A stretch of DNA of 64,000 nt, from assembly GCA_963744145.1 (NCBI GenBank), contig CAVUSO010000001.1:4064001-4128000 (forward strand), read 5' to 3'. Shown here one piece after another: positions 40,369 to 49,657 of the stretch (position 1 is the stretch's first letter; each line of letters begins with the position of its first letter). Source of the stretch: an uncultured cyanobacterium. Its GTDB lineage: Bacteria; Cyanobacteriota; Cyanobacteriia; Cyanobacteriales; CAWUOF01. Both the position numbers and the translations under genes were made by a program. The notes under the pieces were generated by a model. The model made no database searches, was not told the DNA's origin, and worked only from the letters and a program-made list of their open reading frames with translations.

Positions 40369-41424
40369 GTGGTCAGATTACTAATTGCTGCGAGTGGGAC
40401 AGGGGGACATATATTTCCCGCGATCGCGCTAGCTCAACAACTAAATAATGATCAGATCGAATGGTTAGGTGTCCCCGATCGACTGGAAACCCAGTTACTC
40501 ACTCAATATCCCTATCCTCTTCATACTATCTCAGCTAGTGGATTTCAGCAGCGTTTTGGCTTAAACACCCTCAAAATCCTCTTGCGTCTGCTCACCTCAA
40601 TTCAGACTACTCGACAATTACTCAAACAAAAAGAATTTTCTGGAGTTTTCACCACAGGGGGTTATATTGCAGCACCAGCAATTATTGCAGCTCGGTCTTT
40701 AGGATTACCAGTTATTCTCCATGAATCTAACGCTTTACCAGGTAAAGTAACTCGCTGGTTAAGTCCTTTATGTACTACTGTGGCTTTAGGATTTGCTAGT
40801 GCGGCTAAGTATCTACCCCGAGCTAAAACAATTTATGTTGGTACTCCCGTCCGGACTGATTTTCTCCAAGATGCCAAAATTGACTTACCAATTCCGGACA
40901 ATGTGCCTCTAATTGTAGTTGCAGGGGGATCTCAGGGAGCAGTAGCAATTAATAAGTTAATACGTCAGTGCGCTCCTCAATGGTTTACCGCAGGAATTTG
41001 GATTGTCCATCAAACGGGAGATCATGATCCAGAAGCAGATAATCTACAACATCCCCAATATTTTGCGCTGCCTTTTTCTAATAATATGGCAGGACTATTT
41101 AAGCGAGCAAATTTAGTGATTAGTCGTGCTGGTGCTGGGACTCTAACTGAATTAGCAATCACTAAAACACCGTCAATTCTAATTCCTTATCCTTATGCAG
41201 CTGAAGATCATCAAGCTTTTAATGGAGCAGTTTTTAGTGATATTGGAGCAGCTTTAGTATTCCGTCAAGCAGAATTAACTCCCGAATTATTAACCAGTAA
41301 GGTATTAGATTTATTTTCTCAACCTGAAATTCTCTCCCAAATGGCTGAAAAAGCAGCATCTTTAGCAGTCCCCGATAGTGCCACACAGTTAGCTAAGTTA
41401 GTGCAGCAATTGATGATCAGTTAA
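40369..41424 (+). CDS. murG: Undecaprenyldiphospho-muramoylpentapeptide beta-N-acetylglucosaminyltransferase
   Basis: ASGTGGHIFPA, HESNALPG, GTPVR, GGSQGA, SRAGAGT and AEDHQ. Confidence 0.96.
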   Translation: MVRLLIAASGTGGHIFPAIALAQQLNNDQIEWLGVPDRLETQLLTQYPYPLHTISASGFQQRFGLNTLKILLRLLTSIQTTRQLLKQKEFSGVFTTGGYIAAPAIIAARSLGLPVILHESNALPGKVTRWLSPLCTTVALGFASAAKYLPRAKTIYVGTPVRTDFLQDAKIDLPIPDNVPLIVVAGGSQGAVAINKLIRQCAPQWFTAGIWIVHQTGDHDPEADNLQHPQYFALPFSNNMAGLFKRANLVISRAGAGTLTELAITKTPSILIPYPYAAEDHQAFNGAVFSDIGAALVFRQAELTPELLTSKVLDLFSQPEILSQMAEKAASLAVPDSATQLAKLVQQLMIS

Positions 41425-41427
41425 ATT

Positions 41428-43422
41428 ATGGAACAATTATCTTTACCTTTAGTTTTTGCCAATACATTACCAGAGCAATTAATATGGTTCAAGGAAATAT
41501 TAGCCTTTCTGAATATTAATCCTAATCTTAATTGGCCCGATGCTTTTGGATTATCGTTGCGTAACTACTTTACTAAAAGTAACTATACACCCATTAAAAC
41601 TTTAAGTTTATTTACAGGAGGAGGGGGACTTGATATCGCTTTCCATGATGCTGGTTTTGATATTGTGCAAATGGTAGAGTTAGAAGCTAAATATATTCAA
41701 ACTCTTTTAAAAAATTCTCAGCCAGGAAGATTGTTAGAAAATTCTCAGCCTATTTGCATTGATATTAGAGAGTATTTTCCCAATTCTGAACTAGCAATAG
41801 ACTTTATCATTGGCGGACCACCATGTCAAACTTTTTCCGCTGCGGGCAGAAGAGCGTCAGGTGTTGCTGGACTTAGTGATACTAGAGGAATGCTATTTGC
41901 AGAATATGTTCGCTTAATCAAAATACTGCAACCAAAAGGATTTCTTTTTGAAAATGTTTATGGTATAACTGGTGCTGAAAATGGCGAAGCCTGGAAAAAA
42001 ATCCAAAATGCTTTTAAACAAGCAGGATACCAAATTAATTTTCGCGTTTTAGATGCAGCAGATTACGGAGTACCACAACATCGAGAACGTTTATTTATTG
42101 TCGGAATTAAAGAAGGTAATTATTTATTTCCCTCTCCTACTCATGGTCCTGATTCACCAGGACAAATACCTTTTTATTCAGCTGGAGCAGCAGTTATTGG
42201 TGCTGATCCATCGGACGCAGAATTAGGAATTAGTGGGAGGTATGGATATTTGCTCAATGATATACCACCAGGACTTAATTATAGCTTTTACACAGCAGAG
42301 ATGGGGCACCCTCAGCCTGTATTTAGTTGGCGTTCTAAATTTTCTGATTTTCTTTATAAAGCTGATCCAGAGCTTCCAGTTCGGACAATTAAAGCCCAAG
42401 GTGGACAATACACTGGTCCTTTTAGTTGGGAAAATCGTCGTTTTACAATTGCGGAATTAAAGCGTCTACAAACGTTTCCTGATGCTTATGAAATTGTTGG
42501 TAATCGTTCTAGCTGTATCGAACAAATTGGTAATTCAGTTCCACCACAATTAGGGAGGATTTTAGCTCTGAGTATTTTGGAGCAAGTCATGAATATATCT
42601 CTCCCATTTTCCATGCACTATTTACCACCAACAAAACAGTTAGGATTTCGACAACGCAAACGTCAATTAACTCAGAGATATGCTCAAAAAGCTCAAGCTG
42701 CGATCGCCTTCTTGAAAAGTAATGGTAAATTCAGTTCATCCGCTTCCCCTCATCCGAGATTATCAGAAAAATCTGTACGGTTTTTATCTGAAAATTTTGC
42801 TTGGAGTAAAAATGAAACTTGCCTGAGTACCAAAATTTTTCTGAAGTATGATTTTCAACCAGAAAGCTGGATAATTGAAGCTAATCTTAATGATATTTGG
42901 GAGATTGAAGGTAAATATATAATTGATATTTCATCAGCTAATGGTTGTGAAAATTGGGGTTTAGATACAACCCAAGTAAAATTAATAGCTAGGGATTTAG
43001 ATGGGCGAATTTTTACAGCTTTATGGAAAGCATTCGAGGAAAAATTAACTGAATTGACTCGCAAAGCTGATTTAGTACAATTATCTGGTTATTACCAATA
43101 TAAACCGCATCTAAATAGCAAAATGACAATTAATGATCAATTAAAGAATGACAAATTTTGGCAAATCATTCAATGTCTAATTAATGGAATAGGAGTAGCA
43201 AATCAATTATCTAAACAGCAGCTTGCTTTTCTTTGGGGAGTTAATAATAATGAAATATTTTCCTATTTAAAAAGATTAAGAATTATGGGTTACGAAATTA
43301 GGAATCATCAGACAAATCCTCAGATTAATCCGGGAGAATATTTAATTCCTTATGCTTTTCCGACGCTAACACCCAAAAGTGTGCAATTACGAAAAACCTT
43401 GGGAGAAAATGATGATGAGTGA
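41428..43422 (+). CDS. DNA (cytosine-5)-methyltransferase with a long C-terminal extension
   Basis: Motif I LFTGGGG, IV GGPPCQ, VI FENV, VIII PQHRER, IX RLQTFPD and X QIGNSVPP, followed by ~270 extra residues. Confidence 0.9.
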   Translation: MEQLSLPLVFANTLPEQLIWFKEILAFLNINPNLNWPDAFGLSLRNYFTKSNYTPIKTLSLFTGGGGLDIAFHDAGFDIVQMVELEAKYIQTLLKNSQPGRLLENSQPICIDIREYFPNSELAIDFIIGGPPCQTFSAAGRRASGVAGLSDTRGMLFAEYVRLIKILQPKGFLFENVYGITGAENGEAWKKIQNAFKQAGYQINFRVLDAADYGVPQHRERLFIVGIKEGNYLFPSPTHGPDSPGQIPFYSAGAAVIGADPSDAELGISGRYGYLLNDIPPGLNYSFYTAEMGHPQPVFSWRSKFSDFLYKADPELPVRTIKAQGGQYTGPFSWENRRFTIAELKRLQTFPDAYEIVGNRSSCIEQIGNSVPPQLGRILALSILEQVMNISLPFSMHYLPPTKQLGFRQRKRQLTQRYAQKAQAAIAFLKSNGKFSSSASPHPRLSEKSVRFLSENFAWSKNETCLSTKIFLKYDFQPESWIIEANLNDIWEIEGKYIIDISSANGCENWGLDTTQVKLIARDLDGRIFTALWKAFEEKLTELTRKADLVQLSGYYQYKPHLNSKMTINDQLKNDKFWQIIQCLINGIGVANQLSKQQLAFLWGVNNNEIFSYLKRLRIMGYEIRNHQTNPQINPGEYLIPYAFPTLTPKSVQLRKTLGENDDE

Positions 43423-44734
43423 AATACATTTGCGTGTATTTAAAAATCGAAGTGAGTTAGTGCGATCTGATGGAACAACACAGGTTTTCTTAGAGGGTAG
43501 CATGAATGAAGCAGCAAAAGCTAGATATCAAAAAATAGCTAATGAATTATCAAATAGTTATCTCGAAAAGCAAATCATGATTTGTTATGAGCATCCTGCT
43601 GATCTAGTTTTTTCTCAATTAAAAGAGAATCATATAAATATTTTGACTAGACTGGTAAATTCAGTTACAAGTGAAGTTGGTAGAGCCATAGTTGGGTTAA
43701 CTATTTTGCAATTATCGGTGAAATCAATTGAACCTATGCAAAGTATTAGGTTGCACAAAGGTAGTTCTAGCGTAACAGCTTTTTCATGGTGTGATGGAAT
43801 ATCAATGCGTTCTTTAGATAAGCAATATATCACTCCTATTTTACGAAAATATGACTTACTTAGACTGAATGCGGATGGTTTTATGATGACTCGCAGTTTA
43901 GCAGAAAACTATCCTTATTCACCAGTGTATAAAGCTAATATTAAAGGTGCGCGTCAAGAGTGGCTAAATCTTGTAGAATATATAGAAGTTAATGAAATTG
44001 ATCCTAAATTAGCTTTACATTACATTTTATCTCAATTACTGAATCGAGCAAATGTGTTTAAAATTTTATCTGAACAAACTATCTTATCTCTACAAACATT
44101 TTTAGAGCTAACTAAATCTTGTTTAAATAGAGAATATGCTACTCAATTGATCACAACACATATTAATGAATCCAATTATGCAGCGCGAATTATGGAAATT
44201 GCTATGCACAGTCTGATGCAAACTATGCAAGAATATATGATTTTTTTACCGGGAGAATTACAATCTTTATCTCAAATGCGATCGGCTAATAAAAAACATG
44301 GTAATATTGGAGATATCGAAATCTTAGAAAATGGACAAATTGTTGAAGTATGGGATGCAAAATATGGCAAAAGTTATTTAAGAGATGAACTAGAAGAGTT
44401 AAACGATAAACTTGGTTCTCACCCAAGTGTTTTATTAGCTGGTTTTGTTACGAGTGTTGAACCTGAACGACGTGAAGAGCTAATCCCTCGCTGTCAAGAA
44501 ATAGCAGATTTTTTTGGGATTACAATAGAAATAGTTACTTTTAGAGAATGGATACAACAGCAATTTCAACGAGCAATTAAATCTGAGTTAGTCAACGAGC
44601 AACAATTAGCACAGAAATGGTTAATTGCTTACACAGAATCATTAGCCCAAAAACGTCGAGATATTGCTCCTATTGACGAACCTTGTCAACAATGGTTAAC
44701 TACTTTAAAGCTTTTACTTGAAACTTATAAATAA
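43409..44734 (+). CDS. Putative type II restriction endonuclease (PD-(D/E)xK-like)
   Basis: Overlaps the MTase stop. Candidate catalytic motif GNIGDIEI...VWDAKYG. Confidence 0.55.
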   Translation: MMMSEIHLRVFKNRSELVRSDGTTQVFLEGSMNEAAKARYQKIANELSNSYLEKQIMICYEHPADLVFSQLKENHINILTRLVNSVTSEVGRAIVGLTILQLSVKSIEPMQSIRLHKGSSSVTAFSWCDGISMRSLDKQYITPILRKYDLLRLNADGFMMTRSLAENYPYSPVYKANIKGARQEWLNLVEYIEVNEIDPKLALHYILSQLLNRANVFKILSEQTILSLQTFLELTKSCLNREYATQLITTHINESNYAARIMEIAMHSLMQTMQEYMIFLPGELQSLSQMRSANKKHGNIGDIEILENGQIVEVWDAKYGKSYLRDELEELNDKLGSHPSVLLAGFVTSVEPERREELIPRCQEIADFFGITIEIVTFREWIQQQFQRAIKSELVNEQQLAQKWLIAYTESLAQKRRDIAPIDEPCQQWLTTLKLLLETYK

Positions 44735-44923
44735 TTCAAATATTACTCCTATTTAAGCATCTTGCTAAATCTGTTTGACTATGGAAAGATGTCTTTTAAG
44801 AGACTGGTTAAGTTATGGGCTTCAGAGTGAGGGCCAAAAGCGCGATCGCTAGCTAGTAAATTTTTTCCCTGATGGTGAAACCCCTACTATAAACTCAAGT
44901 TCCAGTTTTTGATCCAAATAATT

Positions 44924-44954
44924 GCGATCGCTTACCCAATAGATAGGATAATTC
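44924..44954 (+). repeat. 31-bp HIP1-anchored direct repeat, left copy
   Basis: GCGATCGCTTACCCAATAGATAGGATAATTC, 29/31 identical to 46775-46805. Confidence 0.85.
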
Positions 44955-44964
44955 TAATTTAAAA

Positions 44965-45813
44965 ATGCTTGTAACTGACATGATAAATTTTTTAGGTAAA
45001 CCCTACTTTCAAGCACCCAATTGCTTGATTTATCAGATGGATTGCTTAGAGGCAATGTTAAAGCTACCAAATGAATGTATTAATCTTACTGTCACCAGTC
45101 CTCCGTATAATATTGGCAAAGAATACGAAAAAATAATGCTACTAGATCAATATTTAAAATGGTGTGAAAAGTGGATAAGTGAGATTTACCGAATTACCTC
45201 TTCTCAAGGAGCTTTTTGGCTAAACTTGGGTTATTTATCAATTCCTAATAGAGCTAAAGCAATTCCTATTCCTTACCTACTGTGGGACAAAATTTCTTTT
45301 TACCTCATTCAGGAAGTAATCTGGCACTATGGTGCTGGAGTTGCTGCCAGTAAGTTTTTTTCACCACGTAATGAAAAGTTTCTTTGGTATGTCAAAAACC
45401 AAGAAAGTTATACCTTTAACTTAGATGATGTGCGCGATCCTAATGTCAAATATCCTCATCAAAAAAAGAATGGCAAAATTAAAGTCAACCCCCAAGGCAA
45501 AAATCCGACAGATGTTTGGGATTTTCCCAAAGTAACATCTGGTCAAAACAGATCGTCGAAAGAGCGTACTGATCACCCTGCTCAATTTCCTAGGGCTGTT
45601 ATAGAACGTATTATCAAGGCTTCATCCCATCGAAATGAAATTATTTTAGACCCTTTTCTGGGTTCAGGAACTACTGCGGTTGTTGCTTTAGATTTGCAGC
45701 GTACTATCATTGGATTTGAGATTTGTAAAAGCTACTGTGATATAGCTGCTAATAGAATTGATGATTTTCTCAGACAAAAACAGCTTAGTGAAGCTCAATT
45801 ATCTTTATTTTAG
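44965..45813 (+). CDS. Site-specific DNA methyltransferase, beta class (probably N4-cytosine)
   Basis: TSPPY precedes HPAQFP and LDPFLGSGTT. Confidence 0.9.
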   Translation: MLVTDMINFLGKPYFQAPNCLIYQMDCLEAMLKLPNECINLTVTSPPYNIGKEYEKIMLLDQYLKWCEKWISEIYRITSSQGAFWLNLGYLSIPNRAKAIPIPYLLWDKISFYLIQEVIWHYGAGVAASKFFSPRNEKFLWYVKNQESYTFNLDDVRDPNVKYPHQKKNGKIKVNPQGKNPTDVWDFPKVTSGQNRSSKERTDHPAQFPRAVIERIIKASSHRNEIILDPFLGSGTTAVVALDLQRTIIGFEICKSYCDIAANRIDDFLRQKQLSEAQLSLF

Positions 45814-45827
45814 AGAAAATAAATTTC

Positions 45828-46433
45828 TTAAATTGGTAATGACAGTAACTTATATTTTTCTACACCAGGACTTAATCTAGCCTGTTGGCCAGTAGCTGCT
45901 TTTTGTCCTTGCCAATCTTCTAGATCAATCCATCCAAATCGAACTAAACTAATTTTTGGAGTTTGTCTGCATTTAATTTTTGGATCAAATTTCTGGAAAT
46001 TAACTACAAGATAATAGCCAGACTTGTCTTTTTTTGACTTTGATCCTGTGGTACTCTGTTGAGCATAACTGCGATTACCGTAAGTGTTGTGATAACTTGA
46101 AGAAGTTTTAATTTCAATTGAGAAGTAATCGTTCTCAATATAAACAATATCTTTGTCAGTATTGCTATGATGGCGTCGCCAAATTTCCGGGTATCGGTTG
46201 GCTAATTCTAATGGAATTAATTCATGCAAAAAAAAGCCCATAATTTGGGGAACTGGAAATAAATCTACTCCTATTTTGTAGCCTCTATTGGTTATACTGG
46301 ACTGAAAGATTTGATCCCAAACTTGCATAACTATTTGATAAATTTCCTGCGACTCAAGAGGGTGTCTCTCGATGAGTTCCAATGTCTTTGCTTGCCAATC
46401 TTGAATAGGAAGTCCTGTATAAGGTGATTCCAT
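45828..46433 (-). CDS. ScaI-family type II restriction endonuclease
   Basis: SPYTGL..W..KT.ELI..HPL, PQIMGFFLHELIP, KDIVY..FSIEIKTSS and GNRSYAQ. Convergent with the SPPY MTase. Confidence 0.75.
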   Translation of the reverse strand: MESPYTGLPIQDWQAKTLELIERHPLESQEIYQIVMQVWDQIFQSSITNRGYKIGVDLFPVPQIMGFFLHELIPLELANRYPEIWRRHHSNTDKDIVYIENDYFSIEIKTSSSYHNTYGNRSYAQQSTTGSKSKKDKSGYYLVVNFQKFDPKIKCRQTPKISLVRFGWIDLEDWQGQKAATGQQARLSPGVEKYKLLSLPI

Positions 46434-46655
46434 TTACTCCATTCCTCTCAATAGCTCGCTAGGTGACACTCCTAACGCTTTGGCTAACCGCAAAATATTT
46501 AACAGGGCTATGTTTCTCTCACCCCGCCCAATACCACCAAGATAGTTCCGGTGTATACCAGCTAGTTCAGCTAACTCTTCTTGAGAAAGATCCCTAATTT
46601 TTCTTAGTCTGCGAACTTGCTCTCCAAATTTTTTTAACTCTGGATTTTCTGCCAC
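46434..46655 (-). CDS. R-M controller (C) protein, XRE HTH
   Basis: FGEQVRRLR..LSQEELAELAGIHRNYLG..GERNIAL.NI..LAKALGVS, directly upstream of the REase on the same strand. Confidence 0.85.
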   Translation of the reverse strand: MAENPELKKFGEQVRRLRKIRDLSQEELAELAGIHRNYLGGIGRGERNIALLNILRLAKALGVSPSELLRGME

Positions 46656-46691
46656 ATAAGCAAGATACTCATAACAGTGCGCTAAAATCTA

Positions 46692-46706
46692 CACACTATA
46701 AGTGTG
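46692..46706 (-). promoter_or_regulatory. C-box-like operator
   Basis: Palindrome CACACT-TAT-AGTGTG (minus strand), ~37 bp upstream of the C gene start. Confidence 0.6.
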
Positions 46707-46774
46707 ATTTTCTCTGAGGATCACAAAGGAAAATTGTCCCGCAACCAATAAGTGGACAAGGGTATTCATCAACC

Positions 46775-46805
46775 GCGATCGCTTGCCCAATAGATAGTAT
46801 AATTC
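46775..46805 (+). repeat. 31-bp HIP1-anchored direct repeat, right copy
   Basis: GCGATCGCTTGCCCAATAGATAGTATAATTC, which contains TATAAT. Confidence 0.85.
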
Positions 46806-46913
46806 CTTTATCTTGACTGTGCTTTTGGTTGATGAATCTCACTTACTATCAAAAACGGTCAATCAAGATCAAAATAAGCATATTTACTTATAATTAACCC
46901 AGAGGATGACAAA

Positions 46914-48368
46914 ATGGCACTAAGAAATATGGAAAATATACCCGTTTTAGAACAATATTTAGCATCCCTGTCTCAAGCACAGCTATTGGATTTGATTTGG
47001 CAATTATGTGATGAATCTAAAGAAGTAAGAACATTTTTGCTCAATCATATTAATGTGCCCAGAGAAATTATTAATAATCAACCTAGTAATGATGATCAAG
47101 TTGAACAGCTCAAAGAAGAAATTAAGCAAATTTTTGATGAACTTGAAGAGCTAATGATGGAGGAAGATGAAGATGAGTATCGATATGATTATGATTATGA
47201 AGATGAAGATGAGGAAATACTAGAGCCTAAACTAGATAGTGTGTTTGAGACTGCTAGATTTTTAAATCTGGCAGATCAAGTGCAAATATATTGGGAGATT
47301 ATCAGCACAGGAACTGATTTATTTGATCGCATTGAAGACTTTACTATTGGTACTACCCAAATTGAAAAAGCTTTCCAATTTTTTGCGGAAACTATTCAAA
47401 ATTTGGAGTTATCACCTCTAGAAAAACAACCTTATTTGCGGGCACTGGTTGCTCTTTTTGATCGGATTATATTTAGCGATCGGGATATCAGAAAAGCGAT
47501 TAAGAACGCGATGGAACTGATTTGTGATGTTCCGGAAGATTACTACTATTTAATTTCCCAAATGGAGCCAAAAGAAGCTGAAGCTATTGATTGGATTACT
47601 GGTTATTATCTGAAATTAGCTGATCATGAAAACTATCTGCGAGTCCGATCAGCTCATCTTGAGCAAGAATCTGATTATCTCGAATTAGCAAAATATTGGC
47701 AACAAAAAGGAAATTCAGAAAAATATTTAGCGACTCTAGAACAATGGATTATCAATCTAGACTTAGATCCAAAATCATCTAATTATGGATTGAGAAGGTT
47801 TTCGATTGATAGCTATCATTTCGTTGAAAAAAAAGTGTTTGATGAACTAACAGAATATTATCGTCAACAAAAAGATGATGATAATTTAAGTCGAATTTTG
47901 TTAAAAATAGCCGAACATCGTTATGTTACTTTGGATTTGTATAAAGAGGTGAAAGAACTTGGTAATAAGTTAGGTAAATGGCCAGAAATGCAGGTAAGTT
48001 TAATTAAATATGCAGAAAAACATGACGAAATTTTAGCCAAAATATATCTATATGAAGAAAATTGGGACAAAGCTCTGGAAATTACCCAAAAAAGTAATAT
48101 TCATGAAGGAATTCAAGTGGTAATTGCGGAGGGAGTTAAACAAAATCGTCCCTTTGAGGCGATCGCAATTTACGAAAAAATAGTTGAATATAATATTGAC
48201 CAAAGAAAACGCGATCGCTATCGTCAATCTGCGACTTATGCTAATAAAATTAAAGCCATTTATTTGCAGGTGTTAAATGATCCAGATGGTTGGCACCGTT
48301 ATCTGAGTACAATTAGAGAAAATCATCGTCGTTTGCCAGCTTTAATTGATGAATTTAGAAGTTTTTGA
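46914..48368 (+). CDS. Hypothetical alpha-helical protein
   Basis: 484-aa acidic helical ORF. The C-terminus RYRQSA....KIK....W..YL..IR..HRRLPALIDEF resembles the C-terminal region of SWIM-finger-associated proteins. Its stop codon is supplied by the end of the TnpB element. Confidence 0.65.
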   Translation: MALRNMENIPVLEQYLASLSQAQLLDLIWQLCDESKEVRTFLLNHINVPREIINNQPSNDDQVEQLKEEIKQIFDELEELMMEEDEDEYRYDYDYEDEDEEILEPKLDSVFETARFLNLADQVQIYWEIISTGTDLFDRIEDFTIGTTQIEKAFQFFAETIQNLELSPLEKQPYLRALVALFDRIIFSDRDIRKAIKNAMELICDVPEDYYYLISQMEPKEAEAIDWITGYYLKLADHENYLRVRSAHLEQESDYLELAKYWQQKGNSEKYLATLEQWIINLDLDPKSSNYGLRRFSIDSYHFVEKKVFDELTEYYRQQKDDDNLSRILLKIAEHRYVTLDLYKEVKELGNKLGKWPEMQVSLIKYAEKHDEILAKIYLYEENWDKALEITQKSNIHEGIQVVIAEGVKQNRPFEAIAIYEKIVEYNIDQRKRDRYRQSATYANKIKAIYLQVLNDPDGWHRYLSTIRENHRRLPALIDEFRSF

Positions 48369-48398
48369 CACTCCCCGGTCTTTCATACACGGGGATTC

Positions 48399-49637
48399 TT
48401 AAGGTAAGGGCGTATTGCTATACGCCCCTTCAGGGGATGAATCGCGCCAAAGCTTTTTTCTTAAAGGGTTCGTCAGCAACCCACTACCCACTCGCTCAAC
48501 AATAGAGTCTGTGGCTACTTTTGATTTTCTAATGATATTAGCCGCACCGTTAACATCTGCATTCAGAATTAATCCTTGAGCAGAACGATACAAACCTCTT
48601 TTTATCCTTTTTCCAGATGGTTGCCAATTGTCAGGTTTTTCGCCGACTGTCACTGGCAATAAATCTCGGTCTAAGAAACTGGATTTTGATGTGTAAGATT
48701 CGTCTTGTTCTATGAATCGCCATCCCCTTAGATCGCATTCTTGCTGTAGTCTCTCCTTGACTTTGGCTGTGGGGATTTGGTAGGGGCGTATTGCAATACG
48801 CCCGTACTGATTGGTTACTCTTCCCATATTAACTTCTTGTTTCTGTCCTTTATTCCAACCAAAGACGATCACATTGATTTGATGATTTTCGCAGTATTTT
48901 ATGATAGTTCTCACCGCTTTATTCACTGCATCTCTCATCCTTCTAGCGCGAGTTTCTGACAACTGTTGTAGCCGTTTTGATGAAAAACCTTTGGGTAATT
49001 TAGCTTGAGAGTGCCTGGTTTGGATTCGGGCTTTTTCTTGGTTAAACAGTTGATTCCAAGACTTGATTTTGCGACCATCAATGATGAATGGTTTGCCATT
49101 ACTAGAAACACAAGTTAACCAGTTGTTTATCCCATGATCTATTCCTAGAATTCCTGTTACTCCTAAGCTACAACTAAGTGCTTGTTTGGTCAGAGATTCA
49201 TGGACATATTCAACCCAGACATCACCATTTCTGGGGATTAGCCTGAGTTCTTTAATTTGGCAATCTCTCAATCTTTCCGGCCATGTCAACCACAGGGCAT
49301 CAGTTCCGAAATGTTCTTTGCCTTTAGTCCCTAGAGGTAATCTCACCCGATTGTCAACTATTTTTAGAGCTTGTCCTGGATAGGAAATTTGATATTTGCC
49401 GCCCTTAACTCTGTATTTAGGTAGTCTTGGCTTTTGGTTAAGTTTTCCTGTCTTGGCTAACTTTTCCAGGGCTAGAAAAGAACTAAAGGATTCTGCTACA
49501 GACTTAAGAGTTTGTTGTGCCACTTGAGAGTAAAGAAAACCGTAATTTTCGTTAGTTTTTGCCATCTTGTACAGCTCAAGATACTTAATTACTTTTTGAT
49601 CTTTAAAGTACCGTTTGTCTTTTTGGACTGCGTACAT
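48399..49637 (-). CDS. tnpB: RNA-guided endonuclease TnpB
   Basis: SQVAQQTLKSVAESF, PRLPKY, RuvC-I GIDHGINN, DESYTSKSSFLD and RuvC-III NADVNGAANI. The real start is MYAVQ at 49637; the upstream part of ORF 48399..49796 runs into IS630 sequence. Confidence 0.9.
   Translation of the reverse strand: MYAVQKDKRYFKDQKVIKYLELYKMAKTNENYGFLYSQVAQQTLKSVAESFSSFLALEKLAKTGKLNQKPRLPKYRVKGGKYQISYPGQALKIVDNRVRLPLGTKGKEHFGTDALWLTWPERLRDCQIKELRLIPRNGDVWVEYVHESLTKQALSCSLGVTGILGIDHGINNWLTCVSSNGKPFIIDGRKIKSWNQLFNQEKARIQTRHSQAKLPKGFSSKRLQQLSETRARRMRDAVNKAVRTIIKYCENHQINVIVFGWNKGQKQEVNMGRVTNQYGRIAIRPYQIPTAKVKERLQQECDLRGWRFIEQDESYTSKSSFLDRDLLPVTVGEKPDNWQPSGKRIKRGLYRSAQGLILNADVNGAANIIRKSKVATDSIVERVGSGLLTNPLRKKLWRDSSPEGAYSNTPLP
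48404..48431. repeat. 28-bp palindrome, copy 4 (3 mismatches), at the tnpB 3' end / omegaRNA region
   Basis: GTAAGGGCGTATTGCTATACGCCCCTTC. Confidence 0.8.
48780..48807. repeat. 28-bp palindrome, copy 3 (in tnpB)
   Basis: GTAGGGGCGTATTGCAATACGCCCGTAC, identical to 29942-29969. Confidence 0.9.
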
Positions 49638-49657
49638 AAGATTTTTGTTAACTACTA

